A DNA stretch of 36,860 nt. Origin: Candidatus Pacearchaeota archaeon. Lineage in GTDB: Archaea > Nanobdellota > Nanobdellia > Pacearchaeales > UBA284. Of the stretch, positions 8,468 through 17,598 are shown in pieces. The position numbers and the translations under genes were made by a program. The first letter of the stretch is position 1, and every line of letters starts with the position of its first letter. The notes below the pieces were generated by a model. The model was not told the origin of the DNA. It saw nothing but the letters and a program-made list of their open reading frames with translations, and did not search any database. The stretch spans positions 1 through 36,860 of the forward strand of contig JAWANM010000005.1 of NCBI GenBank assembly GCA_038895375.1, written 5' to 3'.

Positions 8468-11400
8468 ATGAAAAATAAAATCTTTGCTATAATGCTTTTA
8501 ATAACCTTGAGCTTATTTAGTTTGATCTCTGTTGCTAGCGCCTTGAAAGTTAGTCTGACAATCGAGGGAGCTGAGAAGAGAGGCGATACTTATATTCTTA
8601 CTGCTAACAAGGAATATAAACTTACTTGTAGCTTTACTGAAGGAGATCCTGGAAAGACTTATAAAGTGGAAATTTACCCTTATGGAAAGGGACTTTGGGA
8701 GGATGTTGCTGATTTCTTTGGTGTTGGTTTTTATACTCATCATAAATCCTCTACAGGGAGCTATACTCTTAAACACAAATATACATATGCAACTGAATTT
8801 AAACCCGTTTGCGAAGTCTCGATCTTTAAGTTACTTTTATGGCAAAGTGTTAAGCAGACTAGTATTAGGGTGAGAATTGAGTCAGAGGAGACACAGCAGA
8901 AACGCGGGGATAACACTCAACCAAAAATAGGCGCGAATGGCGCTGCTACTGCTACTACACCATCGGAAAAAGAGCAAAAGTCGGGAAGTGCAGGAGCCAC
9001 GGGAAGCACAGAATCTACGGGAGGAGGAGAAACGACGACGACAACGCAGAAAAAAGGAGGAGGTCAAAAGAAAGAAGAGCAAAAAGAAAAGCAAGAGACG
9101 GCACAACAAGAACAGTGTAGTAAAGCTGGTGGACAATGCAAGGAAGAAAAGTGTGACGCAATTACAGAAATACAAAAAAAAGGCTTCACTTGTCCAAAAG
9201 AAGGAGAAGTTTGCTGCGAGAGAAAAACATGCGATCAGCTTAACGGAATAAAAGTGTTGAAAAGTGAAGAGAAAGATAAGTGCAGACAGCCTACGAAGTT
9301 GATTTTTGGAGCTCGCGATTTGGGCGAAAACGAAATATGCTGCGAGGGCAAGGAAAAAGTTCGAGAAGCTGTAAAGAAGCCTGGAAGGCTTGGACGTTTG
9401 GCTTCTTGTTATGGTAAGTATTGGCTATGGGGCAAAGAAAATGCATCAAAGTACCTTGATGAAGCTTGGAAGGCATTAGAAGATGCCAATAAGTCGGTAA
9501 ATTTACAACTCGATGGGGTTAAAAATTTATTTTCTCAAATTAAAAATGAGAAAGATCCGGTTAAAAGAGCCGAATTAATAGGTAAGTTGGATAAGGAACT
9601 TGACAAGATGCAAGTGGAGATTGCTCAGACTGAACCAACAGAGCAAGTGACTCAAGATAAATTACAAAACGCTTACTCCAACATCGACAAAGCTAGAGAT
9701 AAGTTGGAAAAAGCTCGGGAGGTTCATGCAATGACTGGGACGGAAGTCTTTTTTAACATGGTAGCTTGTATGTTAGGAATGGCTAAAGCTAGTCGACTTG
9801 CTTTCGGTGGGCATGCTGGAACTGCCTTTGGCAGTTTAGGTTTGTTGACGGTCTTTATAAAAAAAGATTGGGTAGTGGGTGTGTCAACAGCTCTTCCTTT
9901 GTTTGGCATGTTTTATCCTCCTTCAAATCCTGATATTGAAATGGGTCATTGCTCGGCCGAGCAGCCTTTGAAAGGGAACGAGCTTTGTAGGAAGTGCAAC
10001 GAAGATCCTTATAGGATTTGCACTCGTGAAAGATGCGAAATTCTTGGTGACTGTATTGCTGTTCCTACAGCCAAAGGAGATCAGTACAATTGTATTGCTG
10101 GCAAGTGCGAAGATCTCGGATTGCCTTTATTTACTTATGTTAATGCTTCATGGTTTATCGATGGCGAGCTTAACGACACTACAACTTGGCGGCAGAGCGA
10201 TGGAAAAGAATTGAACATAGCATTGAACAATGACAAGCCGATTCCTTTCAACACAAAGATGATTATGATCAATCTTACCACTAATAAGCCCGCTCAGTGC
10301 CGTTATGTTCTTGACAAACCAAACGCAAGCTTCTCGGAAATGCAAGATTTTGAGGACAATTACTTTCCTGTCTTGCCAGACGGAAGAGCAGCTTCACAAT
10401 ATGCTTATGTTTTGCTTCCTGGAGACATAACCCGAGACGAAAGAATTGTTCATAAAATTTTCATTAAATGCAAAAACGCTTGCGGAGTAGAGCCGAAAGC
10501 ATCTTATGATCAAAACGTTATAAAGTTCAGGCTTGCAAGAAAACCAGATCAATTGCCTCCTATAATTGTTCATGTAGATCCTGCAAGCAATTCTGTTGTG
10601 CGTGGCGATTTGGCTTTCGTGAATGCTAGCTTTTGGCTTGATGAGCAAGGAAGTTGTAAGTTCAGCGACAAATCAAACAACTTTACAATAAACTACAGCG
10701 CCATGATTAAATTCGGGCCTTACGATCATGAAAATTCTAGCATTGTTGATGGCGGTTGCTATGCAGGCAAATGTCTTGATAGAAATGAAACATGTTCGAG
10801 ATGTTGGTTGTTGCTCAATATGTCGAGAGGTTATGATATAGTCAATTATAGTTCTCCAGAGTTCAACGAAACAAAACTTTATTACTTTATTGTTAGATGC
10901 AGCGATTCTGCTGGAAACGTTATGAAAGAGGATGACATTTTTGAATACAATTTGATGACAGCGCCGGGCTATAATATTAGCATAATAAAACCAGAAGAAA
11001 ATGAAAAAACCTATGAAAGACAGCCTGAAATCGAAGTTACTAGCGAGCCGAGAGCGACAGAATGCAGATATAGAATTTTTGAATATGTAAGAGAGCGAGC
11101 GCCTAGATGTGAGGCAATAAACTGGACAGATATGTGGCCTATCGATGCTGAAACAGCAACCACGCACAAAGGAAAGCATAATGAAACTTTGAATGCTTCT
11201 ACTACAGGCTTAAAGCATTTGCTTTGCGTTAAATGCAGAGACTTTTGGGGCATTGAAGTTGCAAGCAAGATAGACTTTTTTGTGTTGCTAGATCCTTTGA
11301 GTCCTGAAGTAATCAGAATGTATCACGACACAACAATAAACGATTTGCTTGTTATAGAAACGAATGAAGAAGCAGAATGCGTTTATACGCACAAAGGTTG

Positions 11401-11587
11401 TAATTATAATTTCACAGAAGGCACAGAAATGATGTCTACGGATAAGTTATTGCATGCAGCACACTGGCAACTAAGTCCTTACTATGTTAAGTGTAAAGAC
11501 AAATGGGACAATTATCCTGGTGGAAAGCCAGATGCGAATGTGTGCACGATAGTGATTTATCCTTATGAAATTCCTCAGTTTGGATAA
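8468..11587 (+). CDS. Large secreted Cys-rich protein with low-complexity linker, coiled coil, internal hydrophobic helices and C-terminal Ig-like repeats
   Basis: 1039-aa ORF with a signal peptide, Thr/Gly/Glu/Lys linker, repeated 'T.EPA.C.Y ... ..C.D..GN' beta modules and many N-x-S/T sequons. Confidence 0.8.
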   Translation: MKNKIFAIMLLITLSLFSLISVASALKVSLTIEGAEKRGDTYILTANKEYKLTCSFTEGDPGKTYKVEIYPYGKGLWEDVADFFGVGFYTHHKSSTGSYTLKHKYTYATEFKPVCEVSIFKLLLWQSVKQTSIRVRIESEETQQKRGDNTQPKIGANGAATATTPSEKEQKSGSAGATGSTESTGGGETTTTTQKKGGGQKKEEQKEKQETAQQEQCSKAGGQCKEEKCDAITEIQKKGFTCPKEGEVCCERKTCDQLNGIKVLKSEEKDKCRQPTKLIFGARDLGENEICCEGKEKVREAVKKPGRLGRLASCYGKYWLWGKENASKYLDEAWKALEDANKSVNLQLDGVKNLFSQIKNEKDPVKRAELIGKLDKELDKMQVEIAQTEPTEQVTQDKLQNAYSNIDKARDKLEKAREVHAMTGTEVFFNMVACMLGMAKASRLAFGGHAGTAFGSLGLLTVFIKKDWVVGVSTALPLFGMFYPPSNPDIEMGHCSAEQPLKGNELCRKCNEDPYRICTRERCEILGDCIAVPTAKGDQYNCIAGKCEDLGLPLFTYVNASWFIDGELNDTTTWRQSDGKELNIALNNDKPIPFNTKMIMINLTTNKPAQCRYVLDKPNASFSEMQDFEDNYFPVLPDGRAASQYAYVLLPGDITRDERIVHKIFIKCKNACGVEPKASYDQNVIKFRLARKPDQLPPIIVHVDPASNSVVRGDLAFVNASFWLDEQGSCKFSDKSNNFTINYSAMIKFGPYDHENSSIVDGGCYAGKCLDRNETCSRCWLLLNMSRGYDIVNYSSPEFNETKLYYFIVRCSDSAGNVMKEDDIFEYNLMTAPGYNISIIKPEENEKTYERQPEIEVTSEPRATECRYRIFEYVRERAPRCEAINWTDMWPIDAETATTHKGKHNETLNASTTGLKHLLCVKCRDFWGIEVASKIDFFVLLDPLSPEVIRMYHDTTINDLLVIETNEEAECVYTHKGCNYNFTEGTEMMSTDKLLHAAHWQLSPYYVKCKDKWDNYPGGKPDANVCTIVIYPYEIPQFG

Positions 11588-11624
11588 ATTGTTTGCTCTT
11601 TCTTTTAGAATTTTTTCATTGAAA

Positions 11625-11697
11625 TGGGGCTAGAGGGATTTGAACCCCCAACTGCCGGTCTGGAGCCGGCTGTTTTGGCCGTTAAAACTATAGCCCC
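11625..11697 (-). tRNA. trnW: tRNA-Trp(CCA), intronless, 3' CCA not encoded
   Basis: The reverse complement folds as GGGGCTA / TAGCCCC acceptor stem, GCCGG-CT-CCA-GA-CCGGC anticodon arm and GGGGG-TTCAAAT-CCCTC T arm. Confidence 0.95.
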
Positions 11698-11721
11698 TTA
11701 TTGAATTAAGAAAGACATATT

Positions 11722-12111
11722 TTAAAATCTTTTTTCAATGAGCTCTTCAAAACTTTTACCTTTTTTCTTAATGTCGTGCAAAGAAACATACAATGCTTTT
11801 TCTGTTTTTGTAAGTTTTTCTGGCTCGATAAAATACCACCCTTTTCTTAAGAATTTAATCGCTATTAATGGCTTCAAGCCGAACTTGTTGGCAAAATCTA
11901 TCAAGCCATTTACTTGCTCTTTTTTGATATACTTCTTATTGCCTTTAGAAATTTTAACTTCTATAGCATAACCTTTGCCTTCTTTACCAGCCAACAAATC
12001 ACAAGAAGTTTCTTTAATAGTTCCGCTACCAGCAACACGAGCTACGGCAAATTTTTTGCTCAACAAATGCAGCAACTCACGCTCAGCATCTGCTCCTCTT
12101 TTTTTGTTCAT
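11722..12111 (-). CDS. hjc: Archaeal Holliday junction resolvase
   Basis: G..AERE, RVAGSG, DLLA and IEVK (PD-(D/E)xK nuclease), then LIDFANKFG and AIKF...W; 129 aa. Confidence 0.93.
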   Translation of the reverse strand: MNKKRGADAERELLHLLSKKFAVARVAGSGTIKETSCDLLAGKEGKGYAIEVKISKGNKKYIKKEQVNGLIDFANKFGLKPLIAIKFLRKGWYFIEPEKLTKTEKALYVSLHDIKKKGKSFEELIEKRF

Positions 12112-12208
12112 GCTTTTTCAAGCGCAACAATCTATTTAAAATTTTTTAGTAAAAAGCAACAATCTTATATTTTCAGGATTCGAAGCAGCTTGTTCGTAGA
12201 TTGATGCT

Positions 12209-12373
12209 TTACAAGTCTTGTGGCATTATTGTGGTGCGATGATTTGCTTTTGCACGCTCTTCTGCTTTCTTGAGAAGCTCTTCTACTTTTTTGTCCAAAG
12301 CTTCTGGAAGTTCTTTAGAAATTCTTAGCTTCACGACCTCTTTTATTTTGCTTTTTATTATAAGTCCTGGCAT
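12209..12373 (-). CDS. Short histone-fold protein (truncated alpha3 type), 54 aa
   Basis: Manual translation: MPGLIIKSKIKEVVKLRISKELPEALDKKVEELLKKAEERAKANHRTTIMPQDL. It has the histone L1 'RIS' and the L2-alpha3 'A.A..RxTI...D' signature. Below the ORF-track cutoff. Confidence 0.9.
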   Translation of the reverse strand: MPGLIIKSKIKEVVKLRISKELPEALDKKVEELLKKAEERAKANHRTTIMPQDL

Positions 12374-12412
12374 CTTAAAATCGGCTTGTGCTTTGCGTTC
12401 AAAGCAGCAATT

Positions 12413-12577
12413 CTATATTTTTGGCTTTTCTTTTCCTACAATCTTGAACATGCTTGTGCCGCACTCACTGCATTTGCCTTTTACAGCCCATGTTCCTTTT
12501 TTGATCTCTACTGCTACAGGGTCTTTGATTTTTCTTTTTGTTTTACATTTCATGCATCTTCCTTCGTATTCTGTCAT
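12413..12577 (-). CDS. Small basic Zn-ribbon protein (DUF5679-like / Cren7-related), 54 aa
   Basis: Manual translation: MTEYEGRCMKCKTKRKIKDPVAVEIKKGTWAVKGKCSECGTSMFKIVGKEKPKI, with two CxxC pairs and a GGAGGG SD upstream. Confidence 0.85.
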   Translation of the reverse strand: MTEYEGRCMKCKTKRKIKDPVAVEIKKGTWAVKGKCSECGTSMFKIVGKEKPKI

Positions 12578-12720
12578 TTTCCCTCCTTCAATTTAAATTA
12601 ATTTTTGAAAAAATATCTATTTATAAAGTTAACTAAGTAAGAAAGCAAAACTTCTTTACGAATTTTATCTCTAATTAGGAATTGCATACTTTTTTAAACC
12701 AATTTTTAGTGTCAAATAAC

Positions 12721-14388
12721 ATGACAAAATATATTTTTGTCATGGGCGGTGTCTTGAGCGGTGTTGGCAAAGGAACAGCTGCAGCTTCCATCGGAAGGAT
12801 TCTTAAAGAATATGGTTTTAATGTTACTGCAATCAAAATAGATCCTTACATTAATTATGATGCAGGTACTTTAAGACCTACAGAACACGGAGAAGTTTGG
12901 GTTACAGAAGATGGCGGCGAAATAGATCAAGATTTAGGCATTTATGAGAGATTTTTGAATATGAGTTTATCGAAGAGAAACAACATAACTACAGGTCAAG
13001 TATATAAAGCATTGATAGACAAAGAAAGAGCAGGATTCTTTTTAGGAAAAACAGTTCAGTTTGTTCCTCATGTTGTAGATGAAATAAAATCGCGAATTGT
13101 CGAAGTTTCACAAAATTATGAGATAGCCATTGTAGAAATCGGAGGCACGGTTGGCGATTACGAGAACATACCTTTTTTGTTGGCCGCAAAAGCTTTGGAG
13201 CGAGAAGTAGGCAAAGAGAATCTTATTTATGTTCTTGTAAGTTATTTGCCCGTGCCTTTCAATATAAAAGAACCAAAAACAAAACCAACACAGCACGCAA
13301 TTCAGGCTTTATTGAGTCATGGGATTTTTCCAGACTTTGTTTTGTGTAGAAGCCACGAATCTTTAGATGACGTAAGAAAGAAAAAGATTGAACAATTTTT
13401 GAACATAAAAAGCGAAAAAATTATTTCTGCTCCGGATGTACTAAACATTTATACTATTCCAATAAATTTTGAAAAAGAGGAACTGGGAAAGAAAATATTG
13501 AAAGAGCTTGGATTGAAGCAAAAAAAAGAAGCGGACTGGAGCAGATGGCAAGAATTGCTTGAGAACTTGGAGAAAGCAGAGAAAGAAGTAAAAGTTGCTA
13601 TAGTAGGAAAATATCTTGATATAGGCTCTTATCAGCTGGAAGATTCTTATATTTCTATACGCGAAAGCTTGAATCACGCAGGAGCTCATTTAAAAGTTAA
13701 GCCAAAAATTTTTTGGTTTGATTCCAAAGATTTTGAAAAAAGCGACGAAAATATTGTACAGTTGAAACATTATGATGGTATAATCATTCCAGGCGGCTTT
13801 GGTAGTAGCGGCGTCGAGGGTAAAATAAAGGCCATTAAATTTGCTCGTGAAAACAAAATTCCTTTTTTAGGGCTTTGTTTTGGCTTACAACTTGCTGTAA
13901 TAGAGTTTGCAAGAAATGTTTGCTGTTTGCATAATGCGAATACTACTGAAATAGATCCCAATACAGAGCATGCTGTTATCGACTTGCTTCCTTGGCAAAA
14001 AGAATTGCTCGAGAAAGGAATTTACGGATCTAGCATGCGTTTAGGAGCGTATCCCGCAAAGATAAAGCCGGGTACGATTGTTTACGAACTTTATAGTCGT
14101 TTCGATAAATTGAAAAGAGAACAAGATAATTTCTATGTTTTTGAAAGGCATAGACATAGATATGAAGTAAATCCAAAGTATCATAAAATTTTGCAAGAAA
14201 AGGGATTGATTTTTTCTGGTATCTATTGCAAGGATGATACAGAGCTTGTTGAGTTTATCGAATTGCCTAGAGAACTACATCCTTTCTTTGTTGCAACACA
14301 AGCGCATCCAGAATTCAAGAGCACTTTTGAAAGTCCTTCACCTTTGTTTTACGGTTTTTTAGAGGCTTGTTTAAAAAATTCTAATTGA
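12721..14388 (+). CDS. pyrG: CTP synthase
   Basis: KYIFVMGGVLSGVGKG, KIDPYIN.DAGT, KTKPTQH, GLCFGLQ (catalytic Cys), RHRHRYE and QAHPE. ATG at 12721 lies 22 bp after TTTTTAAA. Confidence 0.98.
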   Translation: MTKYIFVMGGVLSGVGKGTAAASIGRILKEYGFNVTAIKIDPYINYDAGTLRPTEHGEVWVTEDGGEIDQDLGIYERFLNMSLSKRNNITTGQVYKALIDKERAGFFLGKTVQFVPHVVDEIKSRIVEVSQNYEIAIVEIGGTVGDYENIPFLLAAKALEREVGKENLIYVLVSYLPVPFNIKEPKTKPTQHAIQALLSHGIFPDFVLCRSHESLDDVRKKKIEQFLNIKSEKIISAPDVLNIYTIPINFEKEELGKKILKELGLKQKKEADWSRWQELLENLEKAEKEVKVAIVGKYLDIGSYQLEDSYISIRESLNHAGAHLKVKPKIFWFDSKDFEKSDENIVQLKHYDGIIIPGGFGSSGVEGKIKAIKFARENKIPFLGLCFGLQLAVIEFARNVCCLHNANTTEIDPNTEHAVIDLLPWQKELLEKGIYGSSMRLGAYPAKIKPGTIVYELYSRFDKLKREQDNFYVFERHRHRYEVNPKYHKILQEKGLIFSGIYCKDDTELVEFIELPRELHPFFVATQAHPEFKSTFESPSPLFYGFLEACLKNSN

Positions 14389-15946
14389 TCTGCAATAGTT
14401 TTTTGACTTTTTCTTTTCCTAGGGCAAGTAAAAAAGTCGGGAGACGCGGACCTGTATCTGAATCGAGCAACATTTGATAAACATTTTTAAAAAAATTTCT
14501 TTGGGCTTTTTTCTTTTCGTCTTCAGACATTCCTTTCTCTTTTGGAATTTCGTAAACCAATTTGGTAATTTTTTCTAGACTCCAATTGTTTTCAATTTTT
14601 TCTCTCAATTCATCTATTTGCTCTTTTTCCTTTTTGCTCAGCTTTTCATAGTACTCTTTGTTGGGAGTTTCTCTAACTTTTATTTTCAATTCTGGCATGA
14701 AATTTTCTATCCAATTTTTGGATTTTTCTAGCCTTTGTTTCAAAGTTTTTTCATCAAATTTTTGTCCGACACGTTTGAGAATGCTTTTAAGCTCCTCGAA
14801 ATTTTCTTGTGCAACTTGTCCAAAAGTTGCGACTTGTCTGAAAGGTACGTTCTTGTTGGAGAATTCTTTTTTCGGATCTACTTTTGCAAACTCCAAGGCT
14901 TTTTTTCTTTCGTTTGGAAGTTTGTTTTGGAGATACAACTCTATTTCTCGGTCAAACTCGTCGTATTGTCTTATCAATTCAGAATCAAAACAAAAGTTGA
15001 TCTGATTTTTTGGGGCTGCTTTTGTAAAAATCCATCTTAGCAGTTCCGGTTCATATATTGTAAGCATGTTCTTTGGCGAAAATCCTATCCCTTGAGAGCT
15101 TGACATTTTCGAAGTAACTCCACGAATGCCTACGAACTCATAGCCCTGAAACAAAGGAGGTTTGATTCCGAAAATTTCTTTTGCTATATTTTTCGATACA
15201 TCATAGCTTCCTCCCGGAGTTGCATGATCTTTTCCGCCTGGTTCGAAGCAAATATCATAATGAAACCATCTCATAGCCCAGTCTACTTTCCATGACAATT
15301 TTCCTATGTTTTCTTTAGCAATATTTACACTTTCTTTATTTCCGCATTCGCAACAATATTCTATTGTGTCTTCGTTATAATTTATGATTTTCGTAGTATC
15401 TTTTCCGCATTTTTTGCAATACACTTGTAAAGGATAATAATTCTCTATTTCTTCCTTTTTTACTTCTTGCGATTTGAATTTTGCGAGAATTTCTGCTATT
15501 TTTTTTCTTTTTTCTAGTGCGATTTTTATCTCTTTGTAGTATTTGTTTTTTTCATACTCTTTTGCTTGATAAATTATTTTTGCATTAATCCCCAACTCCG
15601 GAAGCGCTTCTTCTAGTTCTGATTCAAAATGTCTTGCATAAGATTCATGGCATTTGTAAGGATCGGGAACTTTTGAAACAGGAAGGCCCAAATATTTTGC
15701 AAAGCTGCTTGGAACTGTTGTAGGAACTTTTCTAAATCTGTCGTAATCGTCCCAAAACAAGAGCAGCTCTGCTTTGTAATTTTTTTCTTCTAGGGCTCTG
15801 ACTACTATTTCTGAAGTTATTATGTCGCGAAAGTTGCCTATGTGTACAATTCCAGAAGGAGTTATTCCTGCAGCACAAATGAACTTTTTTTTCTCGGGAT
15901 AAAGTTCGATTAATTTTTTTGCAATTTTTTCTGCCCAATGCTCCAT
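14381..15946 (-). CDS. lysS: Class I lysyl-tRNA synthetase
   Basis: HWA start, GITPSG..HIGN, KLSWKVDWAMRW, EPGGKDH, KMSSS and GPRL motifs. Confidence 0.97.
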   Translation of the reverse strand: MEHWAEKIAKKLIELYPEKKKFICAAGITPSGIVHIGNFRDIITSEIVVRALEEKNYKAELLLFWDDYDRFRKVPTTVPSSFAKYLGLPVSKVPDPYKCHESYARHFESELEEALPELGINAKIIYQAKEYEKNKYYKEIKIALEKRKKIAEILAKFKSQEVKKEEIENYYPLQVYCKKCGKDTTKIINYNEDTIEYCCECGNKESVNIAKENIGKLSWKVDWAMRWFHYDICFEPGGKDHATPGGSYDVSKNIAKEIFGIKPPLFQGYEFVGIRGVTSKMSSSQGIGFSPKNMLTIYEPELLRWIFTKAAPKNQINFCFDSELIRQYDEFDREIELYLQNKLPNERKKALEFAKVDPKKEFSNKNVPFRQVATFGQVAQENFEELKSILKRVGQKFDEKTLKQRLEKSKNWIENFMPELKIKVRETPNKEYYEKLSKKEKEQIDELREKIENNWSLEKITKLVYEIPKEKGMSEDEKKKAQRNFFKNVYQMLLDSDTGPRLPTFLLALGKEKVKKLLQIN

Positions 15947-16011
15947 GACTTGGAAAATTCTCGAGTTTTTTTAAACTTTGTCTTTTTTGTTTTGAGGCAG
16001 AAATTTAAAAT

Positions 16012-16839
16012 TCAAATTTTGATAATTCTTTCTGGTTTCAAGACATAATCTTTTTGTTTTTCTATTTCTTGTGAGCTGAAAAATGGTTTTACTAAAGCAA
16101 CAATTTTTTTGTTGTAAAAGCAAGGTAAAATTTGTTCTTTTTCAAAAACTCCTTGTTTTTTGAATTCTTTTGCTTTAAGGAATTTGCCTTGTTTCAACTT
16201 TTCAAAACTTTTTTTGTCGACTATTATTTTAGGTAAGTTTAATCTTTCGATCATTTTTTCCATTTCTATTAAGGAATTTTCTTTTTTCTGTTCGACTTGT
16301 TCTAAAGTTATGGCTTCTGTAATTTTATAAGGACCTTGCTGTGTTCTTCGTAAAGCAGTGAGGTGTGCGCCTCCGAGTTCTTTGCCCAAATCGTGAATGA
16401 GCTTTCTAATGTAAGTTCCTGCTTCGCATTTCACTAAAAAAATAAAATCTTTTTTTTGTTTTTCTAAAATTTCAAATTCGTAAATTCTGCGTTCACGTTC
16501 TACTCTCAGAACTCTCGATCTTCTAGGTGGAATTTGTTTTATTACTCCTAAAAATTTTTTCACAGCTTTTTTTAATTTTTTTAGAGAAACCTCTTTGTGG
16601 AGTTTTGCTTTACCTTCGTATGTTTTGTCAAGCCTGCTTAGCAAAGGCATTAGCTTACAAGCTTCGTTTATAGCTATAATCAGTACGCCCGTAACGTTAA
16701 TGTCGAGCGTTCCTGCGTGCCCTGCCTTTTTTGCTTTTAAAATTTCTTTTACTCTTTGGCAACAATCGTGACTTGTCATGCCAGGAGGCTTATCTAAAAT
16801 TAAAAAGCCATTCAAATGATTTTCAGAATTTTGGTTCAT
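16012..16839 (-). CDS. truB: Pseudouridine synthase, TruB/Cbf5 family, with PUA-like C-terminus
   Basis: LDKPPGMTSH, GHAGTLD (catalytic Asp), CEAGTYIRKLIHDLG and LRRT. Likely start MNQNS at 16839. Confidence 0.9.
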   Translation of the reverse strand: MNQNSENHLNGFLILDKPPGMTSHDCCQRVKEILKAKKAGHAGTLDINVTGVLIIAINEACKLMPLLSRLDKTYEGKAKLHKEVSLKKLKKAVKKFLGVIKQIPPRRSRVLRVERERRIYEFEILEKQKKDFIFLVKCEAGTYIRKLIHDLGKELGGAHLTALRRTQQGPYKITEAITLEQVEQKKENSLIEMEKMIERLNLPKIIVDKKSFEKLKQGKFLKAKEFKKQGVFEKEQILPCFYNKKIVALVKPFFSSQEIEKQKDYVLKPERIIKI

Positions 16840-16899
16840 AAATTTATAGAAAGATTTATATATATAATTTTTACTTTCAGTAGATAAATTTGGAATAAA

Positions 16900-17511
16900 A
16901 TGAAAAAAGAGGATTTGCAATATTATTATAGCGAGCATAGACACAACAAAAGATTTGTAGGAACTTTTTTGATGTTTGCAGTTATTGCTGTTACTCTAGG
17001 ATTTCTATTGGCTTTTATCATAACAACGAGCAATTCGATAAAGGAGACGAGAGCGGAGTTTAGAGATATTTCAGGAAGAGCCATTTTCAGCTTGCAAGGC
17101 TTACCGTCTAGCGAGGAAAAAATCGATGAAAGAACCCAGATATACTATAACTGTAGCAGAATAAATGTTTTTAGACTAGCAGATTTGCATGACGTTTTTT
17201 CTGTTGAGACGTATAGAGAAAATACGACTGTAACATGTCAGAAAGTCGTTTATAATAGAGCTCCAGAAAGAGTAGAAGTTACTTATTTCGGCAATAGATA
17301 TAATGCAATAAGGCAAAAAGATGTTGCAGTTCTAGAGTACAAGTGCTTTATCAACAATACTTTGTACAACTATCAATTTGTCGAGATAGCTCCAGATGAT
17401 TTTGGATTTTTTGCAGATATTCTAAAGCTAAATGGCTACATAGCGCATGGATTTTCGAGAGCAACGATTGTCATGCCTGAAAGATATGATGACTATTGCT
17501 TGAGAGACTAA
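16900..17511 (+). CDS. Hypothetical protein with a single N-terminal TM helix
   Basis: 203-aa ORF with hydrophobic segment FVGTFLMFAVIAVTLGFLLAFII; divergent from truB. Confidence 0.7.
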   Translation: MKKEDLQYYYSEHRHNKRFVGTFLMFAVIAVTLGFLLAFIITTSNSIKETRAEFRDISGRAIFSLQGLPSSEEKIDERTQIYYNCSRINVFRLADLHDVFSVETYRENTTVTCQKVVYNRAPERVEVTYFGNRYNAIRQKDVAVLEYKCFINNTLYNYQFVEIAPDDFGFFADILKLNGYIAHGFSRATIVMPERYDDYCLRD

Positions 17512-17598
17512 AGCAAGTTTTTCAGTTGTTTATATTTAGGGTGCGCGAGAAAAAGATTCAAACAGGCTTTTCAGTTGTGGCAGATCGAAGATTTGGCT

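Noticed and set aside
11625-11697. tRNA-Trp as the att site of an excised integrative element
   Set aside because: I found no second copy of either tRNA half and no integrase or integrase fragment in the window.
12270-12601. Plus-strand ORFs of 108 and 71 aa
   Set aside because: They are antisense to the histone and Zn-ribbon genes, which have recognisable motifs.
17512-17598. ttttcagttgt repeated twice between convergent genes, as a possible origin or binding site
   Set aside because: Only two 11-bp copies in T-rich DNA; compatible with chance or terminator sequence.
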